Origin: Candidatus Multivoradales bacterium
GTDB taxonomy: Bacteria; Acidobacteriota; Thermoanaerobaculia; Multivoradales; JAHEKO01
DNA length: 64,000 nucleotides
Assembly (NCBI GenBank): GCA_965248055.1
Contig: CBDFIJ010000004.1
Span: 576,001 to 640,000 of the forward strand
Direction of reading: 5' to 3'
The notes below the pieces were generated by a model, which did no database searches, was not told where the DNA came from, and saw nothing but the letters and a program-made list of their open reading frames with translations. A program made the translations under genes and the position numbers. How positions within the stretch are numbered: position 1 is the stretch's first letter; every line of letters starts with the position of its first letter. This document shows, piece by piece, positions 9,236 through 19,871 of this stretch.

Positions 9236-10240
9236 TTGGAGAATACTGTGGACTACGTGGATTATTACGCCACTCTAGGCGTTGACAAGAAGGCTGGCGC
9301 GGACGAAATCCAAAAGGCCTACCGCAAGCTAGCGCGGAGCTACCATCCAGACATCAACAAAGCTCCCGAAGCGGAAGCTAAGTTCAAGCAAATCAATGAG
9401 GCCTATCAAGTGTTGTCCGACGCCGACAAACGGGCCAAGTACGACCAGTTCGGTAGCGCTTGGAATCGGGCTCAATCCACTGGGAGTCCACCTACAGGAT
9501 ATGAGGACATCTTTTCCGAGTTCGGATTCGGTGGTCGGGGTGGCGCGGGCTTCCCCCCCGGTGGAGCCAGGGTGCGTACTTCGACAGGCCCGGGCGGCTT
9601 CAGCAGCTTCTTCGAAACTCTGTTTGGTGGTGGGGCCACCGATTTTGGCACTTGGACCACGGTCGATGACTTCTCTGCAAAGGGCAATGACCAAGAGGCT
9701 TCGCTCAGCATTAGCCTGCGCGAAGCCTTCCACGGAGGCGAGCGCAGCCTCAGCCTCACTGACGGCCGGGGTGGCACCAAGCGACTCAAGGTCAAAATTC
9801 CTCCCGGGGTCAAAACTGGGCAGCGCATTCGTCTCGCGGGCCAGGGAGGCAAGGGACGCGGAGCCAGTGGCGACCTACTACTTAAGATTGAAGTCAACCC
9901 TGAGAGTGGTTTTCGCTTGGAGGGCAAAGATCTCCACACCACGCTCAAACTGACGCCTTGGGAGGCTGCCTTGGGAGGTAGCGTCGAGCTCGCCACCCTC
10001 AACGGTTCCAAGCACATCCGAATTCCCGCGGGTACGTCGTCGGGAGCCAAGATTCGACTTCGCGGTCAAGGATTCCCCGAAACCAAAGGATCGGCAGGTG
10101 ACCTGATCGCGGAAACCAAGATCGTAGTGCCCAAGGACCTCAGTGCGCAGGAGCAAGACCTATTTCAGCAACTGGCTCAAACTTCTCCTTTTGCCCCCCG
10201 AAGCGACCAAAAAACAGAAGAAAAGAAAAGCACCGAATAG
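9236..10240 (+). CDS. cbpA: DnaJ class II co-chaperone (CbpA-like)
   Basis: J-domain with HPD, G/F-rich linker, no Zn finger, C-terminal LTPWEAALGG and IRLRGQG. Confidence 0.85.
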   Translation: MENTVDYVDYYATLGVDKKAGADEIQKAYRKLARSYHPDINKAPEAEAKFKQINEAYQVLSDADKRAKYDQFGSAWNRAQSTGSPPTGYEDIFSEFGFGGRGGAGFPPGGARVRTSTGPGGFSSFFETLFGGGATDFGTWTTVDDFSAKGNDQEASLSISLREAFHGGERSLSLTDGRGGTKRLKVKIPPGVKTGQRIRLAGQGGKGRGASGDLLLKIEVNPESGFRLEGKDLHTTLKLTPWEAALGGSVELATLNGSKHIRIPAGTSSGAKIRLRGQGFPETKGSAGDLIAETKIVVPKDLSAQEQDLFQQLAQTSPFAPRSDQKTEEKKSTE

Positions 10241-10260
10241 GAGCGGTGTAGGAGTCAAAA

Positions 10261-12882
10261 ATGGATCTGTCAAAATTTACCATCAGAAGCCAAGAAGCCC
10301 TTGCCGCAGCGCAAGAAGAAGCCACCCGCCGTGGTCAACAGCAACAAGTCGATGCTGAGCATCTGCTGCTGGCGCTGCTCCATCAATCCGAAGGATTGGT
10401 GCCCCGTCTGCTCAAGCGTCTGGACGCGCAGCCCAATGACATCGCTGCGGCGATTGAAGAGGAGCTCACTCGACGACCTCAGGTTGCCGGGGCTGGAGCC
10501 GAGCCAGGCAAGATCTATCTCACTCCCCGTTTGCAGTCATTGCTGCTCGACGCCTCGGACCGGGCCAAGAGACTCAACGATGACTACGTATCCGTGGAGC
10601 ACTTGCTCCTGGCACTCGCCGGAGAGGGGCAGAGACATCCTTCTGGACGCATCCTCGAAGGGGCAGGGATTGACACTGCGGGGGTATTGCAAGCACTGCA
10701 ATCCGTGCGTGGCAACCAACGGGTCACCAGCGCTTCTCCGGAAGACGCTTACGAGGCACTTGAGAAATACGGGATTGATCTGGTGGCGCAAGCTCGGGCC
10801 GGAAAGATGGACCCAATCATCGGCCGCGATTCGGAAATTCGTCGAGTGATCCGCATCTTGTCGCGCAAGAGCAAGAACAATCCGGTACTGATCGGCGAGC
10901 CCGGAGTCGGCAAGACAGCGATCGCCGAGGGCTTGGCCCAGCGCATCGTCAAAGGCGACGTACCCGAGTGGATGAAAGATCGGTCGGTCTTCTCACTCGA
11001 CCTGGGGGCACTGATTGCCGGCGCCAAATTCCGCGGCGAGTTCGAAGAACGTCTCAAAGCAGTGCTCAGCGAAATCAAGGAATCCGAAGGGCGAATCCTG
11101 TTGTTCATTGACGAGGTTCACAACATTGTCGGTGCCGGGCGCACCGAGGGTTCGACCGACGCCGGAAATCTGCTCAAACCGATGCTGGCGCGCGGTGAGT
11201 TGCACTGCATTGGTGCAACCACCCTGGACGAGTATCGCAAGTACATCGAAAAGGACGCGGCGCTCGAACGGCGTTTCCAACCGGTGTTGGTGGAACCATC
11301 CACCGTCGAAGACACCATTTCGATTTTGCGAGGACTGCGCGAACGCTTCGAGGTCCACCACGGAGTCAAGATCCAAGACAACGCTCTCGTGGCCGCGGCG
11401 ACGCTTTCAAATCGCTACATCAGTGACCGATTCCTGCCAGACAAAGCGATCGACTTGGTCGACGAATCCTGCGCCATGATCCGCACCGAAATCGATTCAC
11501 TACCCGCGGAGCTCGATGAAGTCACTCGCAAGGTAATGCGTTTGGAGATCGAAGAAGCAGCACTCAAGGAGGAGAGAGACAAATCGTCGAAGGAACGTCT
11601 CAAGGTACTACAAAAAGAGCTAGCTGACCTCAAGGCTGACGCCGACGCGATGCGCGCGCGCTATGACGAGGAAAAGCAAACCATCGACCGGGTACGCGCG
11701 TTGCGAGCCGAACTGGAGCAAGTGCGCCAGGAAATCGAGAAAGCCGAACGCGACTACGACCTCAACCGTGCTGCGGAATTGCAACATGGGCGGCTACCCC
11801 AACTGGAAGGCGAGATCGCTGACGCGGAGGCCGAGGCCGCCGATGGAGAGTCTCGCCTGCTGCGCGAAGAAGTCACCGAAGACGAAATCGCTGACATCGT
11901 CGCCAATTGGACCGGTATTCCGGTCACTAGGCTGGTGGAAGGGGAACGCGAGAAACTGTTGCGCCTGGACGAAATCCTACATCGGAGAGTGATCGGCCAA
12001 AACGAGGCGGTGGACCGGGTGGTAGACGCAGTGATTCGCGCCCGCGCCGGAATCAAAGACCCGCGCCGACCAATCGGCTCTTTTCTCTTTTTGGGACCCA
12101 CAGGAGTGGGAAAAACAGAACTCGCCAAGACCCTGGCCGAAGCCCTGTTCGACAGCGAGGACAACATCATTCGCCTTGACATGAGCGAGTACATGGAGCG
12201 TCACAGTGTTTCGCGCTTGGTCGGCGCGCCCCCTGGCTACGTCGGCTATGAAGAGGGTGGACAGCTCACCGAAGCGGTGCGACGCAAGCCCTACAGTGTG
12301 ATCCTGTTTGACGAGATCGAGAAAGCTCACACCGATGTCTTCAACGTGCTATTGCAGATTCTCGATGACGGGCGCGCCACCGACTCCCAAGGACACAACG
12401 TGGACTTCAAGAACACGGTGGTGATCATGACTTCAAACATCGGGTCACCGCATCTACTGGAGGGGTTGACGCCGGATGGAGACATCAGCGACGCCGCACA
12501 TGATCAGGTGATGGCGGAACTACGTGGCCACTTCCGTCCCGAGTTCTTGAACCGGATTGACGAGACGGTGCTGTTCAAGCCACTGCGTCTTGAGGAGATC
12601 GAACAGATTGTCGATTTGCAACTGATTGACCTGCGCAAACGGCTCGCCGATCACAACATCGATGTCCAGCTGACCCAGGCGGCGCGGACCCTCGTCGCTC
12701 GCTCGGGATTCGATCCGGTCTATGGAGCCCGTCCCCTCAAGCGCTATCTGCAAAGAGAGCTCGAGACCCGAATTGGCAGATCGATCATCGCAGGGGATCT
12801 GGTCGATGGTAGCGCGCTGGTGGTCGATGTCGAGGAAGGGGCTCTGGTCCTGCGACCAGAACAAAAGATCTCTGCGGCCTAG
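10261..12882 (+). CDS. clpB: ATP-dependent chaperone ClpB
   Basis: Two AAA modules ([16 protein letters not shown]), coiled-coil M domain, GARPLKR. Confidence 0.97.
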   Translation: MDLSKFTIRSQEALAAAQEEATRRGQQQQVDAEHLLLALLHQSEGLVPRLLKRLDAQPNDIAAAIEEELTRRPQVAGAGAEPGKIYLTPRLQSLLLDASDRAKRLNDDYVSVEHLLLALAGEGQRHPSGRILEGAGIDTAGVLQALQSVRGNQRVTSASPEDAYEALEKYGIDLVAQARAGKMDPIIGRDSEIRRVIRILSRKSKNNPVLIGEPGVGKTAIAEGLAQRIVKGDVPEWMKDRSVFSLDLGALIAGAKFRGEFEERLKAVLSEIKESEGRILLFIDEVHNIVGAGRTEGSTDAGNLLKPMLARGELHCIGATTLDEYRKYIEKDAALERRFQPVLVEPSTVEDTISILRGLRERFEVHHGVKIQDNALVAAATLSNRYISDRFLPDKAIDLVDESCAMIRTEIDSLPAELDEVTRKVMRLEIEEAALKEERDKSSKERLKVLQKELADLKADADAMRARYDEEKQTIDRVRALRAELEQVRQEIEKAERDYDLNRAAELQHGRLPQLEGEIADAEAEAADGESRLLREEVTEDEIADIVANWTGIPVTRLVEGEREKLLRLDEILHRRVIGQNEAVDRVVDAVIRARAGIKDPRRPIGSFLFLGPTGVGKTELAKTLAEALFDSEDNIIRLDMSEYMERHSVSRLVGAPPGYVGYEEGGQLTEAVRRKPYSVILFDEIEKAHTDVFNVLLQILDDGRATDSQGHNVDFKNTVVIMTSNIGSPHLLEGLTPDGDISDAAHDQVMAELRGHFRPEFLNRIDETVLFKPLRLEEIEQIVDLQLIDLRKRLADHNIDVQLTQAARTLVARSGFDPVYGARPLKRYLQRELETRIGRSIIAGDLVDGSALVVDVEEGALVLRPEQKISAA

Positions 12883-12894
12883 CAACGAAAAGAG

Positions 12895-12919
12895 CGGGCG
12901 GGGATAAACCCGCCCCCAC
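12895..12919. repeat. GC hairpin between convergent genes (terminator or GTAG/GTGG-type REP)
   Basis: CGGGCGGGGATAAACCCGCCCCCAC; reverse complement begins GTGGGGGCGGG. Confidence 0.45.
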
Positions 12920-13043
12920 AAGTCCACTCGGGACCAACCCAAAACGACTGCTCCGCTACCGAAGGATGCAATCAGTGTCAGCCGACGATCCGATTACACC
13001 AGCAACCGAGTTTATTAAACAACCACAACCCTGGTCGATGCAT

Positions 13044-15635
13044 CTACGACCAAGGGTTCAGCAAAAAGGCGCGAAGACGTCTAAACACCGGGGCTACATC
13101 CGCTTTGCCATCCCAGCTTTCCCAGAACCGCGCCAGCGGGGTTTCATCGCTGTGCATCTGCACCGCAACGTCCCCCTCAGCAACCGCCCCTTCGGGTTTC
13201 CAGTCTGGACCCCGGGCCTGCCGAACCTCCTCAAGCAAGTCTTGATGGCCGTCACCCTGCGACCAAGCTAGATAGGCACTCAGAAACAACGCCCCGACCG
13301 ACCGATCGTTGGTCTGGAGCAGATGCTCCAGATGCTGTTCGGCCGCAGCGGCATCCCCGATCATCAGGCTGAGCTCAGCCAGCAATTGCAGACTGCCGGT
13401 TTCTTCCTGGTTGATCTGCAAGGCTCGTTGAGTCGCTCGCACTGCCTGCTGAAGATCCTCGGTCGCGGTCGCCATTTGCGCTCGCAGAACCGCCCAACGT
13501 TTGTGCGCACGGTGGCTGTCAGGGTGCTGTTCTCTCATCTTCCCCAGTTCGGCCAACGCTAGTTCTGACTGCTCCAGGACCGCTAGGCAGTTGGCCAGGT
13601 AATAGCGCGAGTCCGCGTGTGCTGGGTCCAGAGCCAGTGCCTGCCGAAACAGATCAACCGCCTGCTCGCAGTCCCCATCCCGCTTCATCGCATCCATTGC
13701 TGCGCGCTGAGCCGCCCAGAAATCGAGAATCTGCTGGCGCTCCGTGGAGGCCGCCATGAGCCGAGGGGCACCAAGCCGAATCGCCTGAGCTTCTCCCTCC
13801 TGCAGTCGATAGCGAGCGTTGACTCCCAGTCCAGAGAACTGCTGTGGCTCGCCACCGTGCCATTGAACTTCGACCTGATCCAACGATTCCAAGACCCCTA
13901 GACCGACATGCACTACCGCGCTGCTCTGCGACAAGTACGAGGCGCTGGTGACCCGTCGTCTCCAGGTGGTATCGCCCGCGTGGAATAACACAAGACTGCC
14001 TTCACCTCGACCCCCATTGCTTCCGTGCAGTTCGAGTTCGATCCAGTTGCCAGCCTCCAGGTCGTTGCGTATCAACGCTACCCCACCGTCGAGGCGCATC
14101 ATCGCGACATCTAGGTCACCGTCTTGGTCGTAGTCGGCGAGCGCCAAGCCGCGCCCGGCGTGCGGTTCGGCAAATGGCGGGCTCAACCCTGCCAAGTCAT
14201 GGAAGAAGTCTCCGGCTTGGTTCCACAACAACATCGGCCTCTGCCGTTTGAGTTGCTTCGATTCGGTTGCTCGCCCCGAGGCCGGCTCCTCCAGCGTGCT
14301 GCCATTGGAAACCACCAAGTCCAGCCAGCCGTCGTTATCGAGATCACCGAACTCGGTGCCCCAGCCGACCGACTGCAGCGCGATCTGGCCAACCCCTTTG
14401 GGTGCTGCAAGGTCGGCAAAGGTCAGTTTGCTGGCACCACTGGGAGTTCCTTGACCGGTTTCCACCAACCGAGATTCGTAGAGGGCATTCTCTTGTGCCA
14501 ACCAGTGGGTGACAAACAGGTCGTCATCCCCATCGCGATTCCAGTCGCCGCTGGTCAACCCCATGGCGCCGCGGTAGTCGGCGACCCAAGCCGACAAGCC
14601 AGCGTCTTCAAAGGTGTCGCCGCGATTCAGGTAGAGAGCATTATCCGAGATGTCGTTGGCGACGTAAAGGTCCAGACGCCCGTCAGCATCGAAGTCCTGC
14701 CACAAGGCACCGAGGCTTCTACCCTCTGGGTTGGAGACCCCATAGAGAGTCGCTACGTCTTGAAAACGTCCTGCTCCGTCGTTGCGCAGCAACATGTTAG
14801 ACAGCGGTTCGAACGACGCTGGATTCAAAGTGTAGGGAACTACCGTTCCGTACTGGTCCGAGCTGCGCCGACCCTCACCATCGTCTTCCACATAGTCGAC
14901 GTAACCACTGACATAGAGGTCCAGATCTCGATCTTGGTCGAAGTCACCCCAAGTCAATCCCGCCCAGAATTCGTCACTGCGCGGAAGCACCGGCCCCGGC
15001 ATCAGGATCCCTTGTTGGTTGTGAAACAACAACAGCACCTGATAGCCGCTCACCGCTAGGTCAAGCCAACCATCCCCGTCGTAGTCGCCCCAAGCTGCCC
15101 CCATACCGACGACGCGAATCGCCGGGAACTCTTTGACCAGGGCAAACGTCCCGTCGCCCTGGTTACGGTACAACTGTGAGGATGCCCAACTTGACCGCAC
15201 AGCGGCCAAGGAGCCGCCGCCGCTGACCAGGAATAGGTCGTCGTCACCGTCGTTGTCGAAGTCACCCCAAGCCAAACCAGCCGCCATGTCCTCGGGCAAT
15301 TGTGAGGAACGGTCGCCGACGAACATGTCGAATCCGCCCAGACCTGCTTCCTGAGTAACCTCAGTGAATTTCGGTTGGGGCGCTCCAGGAGGTAAGTCGC
15401 GGTCCAGGTTCTCGGTGATCTCGTCAGTCTTCTCGCCGGAAACCCAAGTCTCCGGTCGGCCATTTCGAACCAGCCAAACGCCACCCAGCGCCAGCAAGAC
15501 CATCAGGGCACCCAGGATCCAGAAGGTTCGACGTAGCCGACGTTTGCGGCGTCCAATCGTTGGCTTCTTTCTACCTGTGCCTGATCCGCCAGCAGCGGGT
15601 TTGCCAGCGGATCGATGGTTTCCTAGCTCCGGCAT
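13044..15635 (-). CDS. CRTAC1-family FG-GAP/VCBS beta-propeller + ASPIC/UnbV + TPR protein
   Basis: N-terminal TM anchor, repeated GDFDNDGDDDLF motifs, SYLSQSSAVVHVGLG (ASPIC/UnbV), C-terminal TPR helices. Confidence 0.85.
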   Translation of the reverse strand: MPELGNHRSAGKPAAGGSGTGRKKPTIGRRKRRLRRTFWILGALMVLLALGGVWLVRNGRPETWVSGEKTDEITENLDRDLPPGAPQPKFTEVTQEAGLGGFDMFVGDRSSQLPEDMAAGLAWGDFDNDGDDDLFLVSGGGSLAAVRSSWASSQLYRNQGDGTFALVKEFPAIRVVGMGAAWGDYDGDGWLDLAVSGYQVLLLFHNQQGILMPGPVLPRSDEFWAGLTWGDFDQDRDLDLYVSGYVDYVEDDGEGRRSSDQYGTVVPYTLNPASFEPLSNMLLRNDGAGRFQDVATLYGVSNPEGRSLGALWQDFDADGRLDLYVANDISDNALYLNRGDTFEDAGLSAWVADYRGAMGLTSGDWNRDGDDDLFVTHWLAQENALYESRLVETGQGTPSGASKLTFADLAAPKGVGQIALQSVGWGTEFGDLDNDGWLDLVVSNGSTLEEPASGRATESKQLKRQRPMLLWNQAGDFFHDLAGLSPPFAEPHAGRGLALADYDQDGDLDVAMMRLDGGVALIRNDLEAGNWIELELHGSNGGRGEGSLVLFHAGDTTWRRRVTSASYLSQSSAVVHVGLGVLESLDQVEVQWHGGEPQQFSGLGVNARYRLQEGEAQAIRLGAPRLMAASTERQQILDFWAAQRAAMDAMKRDGDCEQAVDLFRQALALDPAHADSRYYLANCLAVLEQSELALAELGKMREQHPDSHRAHKRWAVLRAQMATATEDLQQAVRATQRALQINQEETGSLQLLAELSLMIGDAAAAEQHLEHLLQTNDRSVGALFLSAYLAWSQGDGHQDLLEEVRQARGPDWKPEGAVAEGDVAVQMHSDETPLARFWESWDGKADVAPVFRRLRAFLLNPWS

Positions 15636-15647
15636 GGGGTTGTCTCG

Positions 15648-17744
15648 CTAGCCACCGATTCGCGTATCCACAGTCGACTCGGTGCTGGCGACTTCTGGAC
15701 TGAGTGAAATGGTCCGCTCATCGCGAGCCATCTCAATCACCGGTGCCGACAAGCCAGAGTCTTCGCCGAGCAGGAAGTTGATCAAGAACTGGTCGACCTT
15801 GCGGTACATCAACTTAGCCACCACCCGGTACTCACCCGGGGTGCCGGTGGGGATGGCGAACTCCTGCTCTTCTCTGCCGGTCTCGGCCAACGGCGTTCGC
15901 TCTCCAGGCATCGAAGTTACCGGGCAATCAATCATGTACTCCACCGCATCCGAGTAGCCCGGAAACAGGGCGCGGCGATAGCGCACGCCAACCATCTCCC
16001 ACAGGTTATGGCGGTCAATCAGGTTGCCGTATTGATCCACCGGCTCGGCCTTGAACAGAAAGCTCCCAGGCTCGATAAAGTTGCGGTCATCGCGCATTCC
16101 GCTGTTGAAAATCTCGCTGCCGTCGGGAGCGTAGGCGTGGATCTCGATCCAGGCTTGAATGATGTCGAGCGGGCCAGTGGGGAAATCATGCCCAACCTTG
16201 TTGGCGGTCATCACCACTTTTACCGCTAGCGTTTCTCCTGGGGCCACTCGATCCGGCACATCCAAAGCAACTCGAACTACTGGTCCGTCCGCCCATTTCT
16301 GCTGAATTTCGGGAATCTCAAAGTCGCCCTTCAACCATTCTTCGGTCAGGCGTACCTGTTCCTCCCAGCCTTCCAACTGCAACAGCTCGGGAACCAAACT
16401 GTTGGCGGCGACAAAGCGGTGCGATCGATGCTGCCGATCATTGGGAGTGCGGTTGTAATCCTCAAAATCACCGCTCGCCGGATCTTCCGAATCCACCAAC
16501 GGCATATGACATTCGCGACACTCGACGGTCTTCTCCGGGTCACCCTCGGTGAACCAGTGACTGGCCTTCCAGTTGTCGTACTGATTCTGTAACTGCACCC
16601 AACCGACGCGATTGACTTCTTCGTCAATGAACTGCTTATGGCAGGCGGCACAATACTCAGGCGCCTTGAACATCCGCTTGCTCAGTTCGTTGTGCTTCCG
16701 CGGATAGGTTCGAATCAAGAAGTCACTAGTCAACTTGCCCCAGCCCGCGGTCTGCCATTGCCAAAGGTAAGAGGCAGGCTGCGCCATTACGTAGTTGGCG
16801 TTGCCCTGCAAATCGGTCTCTCGCACTCCATGGCACGACAGGCAGGAGATGCCTTCTTGGAATCCCTGCAGATCGGTCAGGTTCTCAGCAAAGATGTTCT
16901 TGGCACCAGAGAACAGAGAGATCGGATCATGGCAGCCGCCACAGTAGCGAGTCGACTCGGGCCCATTCTGCTCGGCCATGACGCTCTGGACTTTCTGAAA
17001 TAGCGGGTCCATGGCGGCGTAGCGATGCGCTGACGGCAGCCATTCTTCATAGATCTGCGCGTGGCATCCAGCAGTGCCGCAAGATTCCGATCCAGCCAAA
17101 GAATCCGCGTCGAGCGCGCCCCCAGTCTCAGTGGTCGCCAAACTCGGTGCGAAGGGTCGATCCTCGCCGTAGTAATAGCTGTAATCCTCAGGAAACTGGT
17201 TCTGATACTGCTCTCCCGGATAAAGAACGGTCAGGGCACCGATCGCTGCCATGCCAACCGCCGTCCCAACCAAGGTCCAGCCAGCCAAACCAGCCGCCTG
17301 GCCCGACACGGTACGTCGGCGATCCCGGACGAGCACCAACAATACGTGGACCAACCCGGCAGCGAGCACGGCAATCGTCGAGTACAAGTGCAGATTACGC
17401 CACAACAGCGAAGTCTTGACCCCGAACACCCCTTGCCAGGTAACCACCAAACCCGATATTAGACAAACCGCCATCCCCAGAGAACCGACATAACCCAAAA
17501 GGACGGTGTCGGAGAGGTTGTAGTGTCGGTAGTCCAGCCAATGAGCCACCAAATACCAAACCATCGGCAAAAGCGCCACCAATCCCAGCACCGTGTGCAG
17601 CACCACGCTCCACTGCACCGCAGCGTGGAACGGGCCCAAGGTAATGACCAAGCCACTGACGATCTCGAACAACAATAGCGTCAGCCCCACTCGGGTCAAG
17701 GCGGATCGCCAACCGGTACGTAAAATCGGTCGATGCTGATTCAT
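15648..17744 (-). CDS. Membrane-anchored multiheme cytochrome c (c554-like) protein
   Basis: CGTAGCH, CGGCH, CLSCH, CAACH, CRECH; about 5 N-terminal TM helices with His residues; GHDFPTG motif. Confidence 0.85.
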   Translation of the reverse strand: MNQHRPILRTGWRSALTRVGLTLLLFEIVSGLVITLGPFHAAVQWSVVLHTVLGLVALLPMVWYLVAHWLDYRHYNLSDTVLLGYVGSLGMAVCLISGLVVTWQGVFGVKTSLLWRNLHLYSTIAVLAAGLVHVLLVLVRDRRRTVSGQAAGLAGWTLVGTAVGMAAIGALTVLYPGEQYQNQFPEDYSYYYGEDRPFAPSLATTETGGALDADSLAGSESCGTAGCHAQIYEEWLPSAHRYAAMDPLFQKVQSVMAEQNGPESTRYCGGCHDPISLFSGAKNIFAENLTDLQGFQEGISCLSCHGVRETDLQGNANYVMAQPASYLWQWQTAGWGKLTSDFLIRTYPRKHNELSKRMFKAPEYCAACHKQFIDEEVNRVGWVQLQNQYDNWKASHWFTEGDPEKTVECRECHMPLVDSEDPASGDFEDYNRTPNDRQHRSHRFVAANSLVPELLQLEGWEEQVRLTEEWLKGDFEIPEIQQKWADGPVVRVALDVPDRVAPGETLAVKVVMTANKVGHDFPTGPLDIIQAWIEIHAYAPDGSEIFNSGMRDDRNFIEPGSFLFKAEPVDQYGNLIDRHNLWEMVGVRYRRALFPGYSDAVEYMIDCPVTSMPGERTPLAETGREEQEFAIPTGTPGEYRVVAKLMYRKVDQFLINFLLGEDSGLSAPVIEMARDERTISLSPEVASTESTVDTRIGG

Positions 17745-18021
17745 TGCTATTCGTCCCCTTGGTCGAAGCTCAAGGATAATCGCACCTGAGACTCCGTAAT
17801 TTAAAATGGTATCGAACCTGAGGTTCTCAAGCAACAAAACAGCACTGCTCTTCTGACCCAAAACCAGTACGTCGAAGCACCCCGTCCACAGGAAACTTAC
17901 GCTCCACCCAAGACTGTCAGCCAGACTGCGGGAAACCCCAAACCCAAAGCACCGGTCGGCCTACGGCGTGCATCGCGATGGACAGCACAATTTATGGCAT
18001 GTCTATTGTATTCTTGTCTTC

Positions 18022-18042
18022 TTCACATTATCTCACTCAGAT
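18022..18042 (+). promoter_or_regulatory. Putative heat-shock operator half-site upstream of hsp20
   Basis: TTCACATTATCTCACTCAGAT matches 17/21 to 9150-9170 upstream of cbpA. Confidence 0.4.
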
Positions 18043-18153
18043 TTTGGAGATGCGTCTGCTCCCGGACCGGTTCTCTCTTATGAAAGCCGCAAGAAAGTGG
18101 CACAGTTGGCCCGAAATAGTGGACCGATGGCAATCAGAATGAGGAGAAACACC

Positions 18154-18395
18154 ATGAGGACCAGACACCTAACTCGCCGACCCGTCTTTAGCCCGATGCT
18201 TGACACCGACTCGCTGGCCGATCTTGACCAGTTGATGGCCGGGTTTTTCCGCCCGACGGCTCTTTCACCCGTTCCTTTGGCCTGCCTCGGGAAGTGGATT
18301 CCGAAGCCGTCAGCGCCAGCTTCCGAGATGGCGTGCTCACGGTGACGGTGCCCAAGACTGAGACCGCTAATCCACGAACCATCGAAGTCGTCTAA
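18154..18395 (+). pseudogene. Hsp20/alpha-crystallin small heat-shock protein with large internal deletion and frameshift
   Basis: GAGGAG RBS; N-terminus MRTRHL...AGFFRP joins at about 18255 to another frame: GSFTRSFGLPREVDSEAVSASFRDGVLTVTVPK...IEVV*. Confidence 0.8.
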
Positions 18396-18453
18396 CTGGA
18401 TCAGATTGATCCTCCACCTCTCTGATTATCAGATCAACCAGGGAACGAACTTC

Positions 18454-18479
18454 GGCCCCGCGAAAGCCGGGCCTTTTTG
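18454..18479 (+). terminator. Rho-independent terminator after hsp20
   Basis: GGCCCCGC-GAAA-GCCGGGCC-TTTTT. Confidence 0.65.
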
Positions 18480-18523
18480 TTGGCGTACCCAACCGCTGGT
18501 CAATACCGCATAGAATCCGGCCC

Positions 18524-18931
18524 GTGCAGAAAACCATCTCCATCCACGCTCCCGGTCAAGGCATGATCGAAATCACCGGCGAAATCGCCGAGGTGGTTTC
18601 TGAGGCAGATCTCGAGTTCGGTCTTTGTACCTTGTTTGTACGCCACACGTCGGCCAGTCTGGTCATCCAGGAAGCCGCCGACCCGGCGGCCCGCCACGAC
18701 TTGGAAACCTGGCTCGAACAGGTCGCCCCAGAGGATGACCTGATCTACACTCATACCGAAGAGGGGCCTGATGATATGCCCTCGCATATTCGAGCGATGA
18801 TCACGTCCACATCCGTCGTTATCCCCATCACCGACGGCAAACTCGCGCTCGGAACCTGGCAGGGGATCTTCTTGGCCGAGCACCGTCGCAATACTCGTCC
18901 ACGCCAGATAGTGGTGCATGTTTCGCCCTAG
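18524..18931 (+). CDS. yjbQ: YjbQ/UPF0047 family protein (secondary thiamine-phosphate synthase)
   Basis: HTSASLVIQE, EGPDDMPSHIR, LGTWQGIFLAEHR. Confidence 0.9.
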   Translation: MQKTISIHAPGQGMIEITGEIAEVVSEADLEFGLCTLFVRHTSASLVIQEAADPAARHDLETWLEQVAPEDDLIYTHTEEGPDDMPSHIRAMITSTSVVIPITDGKLALGTWQGIFLAEHRRNTRPRQIVVHVSP

Positions 18932-18949
18932 TCCGCCAGAATCCGATCT

Positions 18950-19558
18950 ATGTTCAACACCGGTCGCATTCCAACTTGGGTCAAGTGGGCCTGGCTGGGG
19001 TGGCTGGCAGTTTGGGTGCCGATCTACTGGCAAGGGCTGGGGCCGATCAACTTTCTCTGGTTTTGCGACATTGCCAATTTCATCATTGGTATCGCTCTCT
19101 GGATCGAGAGCCCACTCTTGCTCTCCTCACAGGCGGTCGGCGTATTCCTGCTGCAGTGCGTTTGGTCGATCGATTATCTTGGTCGCTTGCTACTGGGGTT
19201 CCACCTGATCGGCGGCACCGAGTACATGTTTGACCCTAACCAATGGATCGCGGTGCGGATCTTGTCCACCTTTCATTTGTTCGTGCCGCTGATCCTGCTC
19301 TGGGCCTTGCGACGCTTGCGCTACCAACCCCAAGGCCTGTGGCTGCAGACCGCCTTTGCTGCTTTGGTCTTTCCACTGTCTTGGTTCGCCGGCAGTGAAC
19401 TCAACCTCAACTGGACCTGGCGTCCTTTTGGGTTTGAACAAGTGTGGCTTGCCCCCGCAGTCTTCTTGGGGCTATGCCTACCACTCGCATTCTGCATTCT
19501 CTATTGGCCCAGCCACAAGCTGTTCGGCTGGTGGTTTCCGGCCGAGCGGTCCGTGTAA
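18950..19558 (+). CDS. Integral membrane protein, function unknown
   Basis: Multiple TM segments, NFLWFCD and GTEYMFD motifs. Confidence 0.7.
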   Translation: MFNTGRIPTWVKWAWLGWLAVWVPIYWQGLGPINFLWFCDIANFIIGIALWIESPLLLSSQAVGVFLLQCVWSIDYLGRLLLGFHLIGGTEYMFDPNQWIAVRILSTFHLFVPLILLWALRRLRYQPQGLWLQTAFAALVFPLSWFAGSELNLNWTWRPFGFEQVWLAPAVFLGLCLPLAFCILYWPSHKLFGWWFPAERSV

Positions 19559-19635
19559 GCATGGTCGCGATCGACAGCAGATCACCATTCACTCTGACCC
19601 ACAGGAGGTCAGGAGGCGGATCAACATCCGGGATC

Positions 19636-19862
19636 AGATCCCCGACCTCCAAAACCCCCTCCCCACGGGGATGACGATGCGAAATACCCGCCCTGCGGAA
19701 AGGACATGTCTGAGTTATCTGACGCGGGGTTAGAGGGAACCGGATGTCATCCCGCGCGGGGTTGGGGGGGCCGGTCGTCATCCCGGCGCGGGGATGACGC
19801 TGTGAAATACCCTCCGTAGGGGAATGACATTTCTGAGTTATCTGGCGCGGGGTTGGGAGGGA
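19636..19862. repeat. Cluster of GGGGATGAC/GTCATCCC REP-like elements with a ~73-bp imperfect direct repeat
   Basis: Copies at 19666-19738 and 19789-19862; 19636-19677 matches the reverse complement of 61883-61924 at 35/42. Confidence 0.7.
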
Positions 19863-19871
19863 GGCCGGGAC

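Noticed and set aside
17995-18010. Sigma-54-like TGGCATGTCTATTGTA upstream of hsp20
   Set aside because: The -12 element is GT rather than the conserved GC; too weak to call.
19666-19862. Tandem repeats as CRISPR or a molybdenum-cofactor riboswitch before hcrC
   Set aside because: Two imperfect copies only; the core recurs at 61.7-61.9 kb away from any Mo gene; no riboswitch consensus recognisable by eye (an Rfam scan would settle it).
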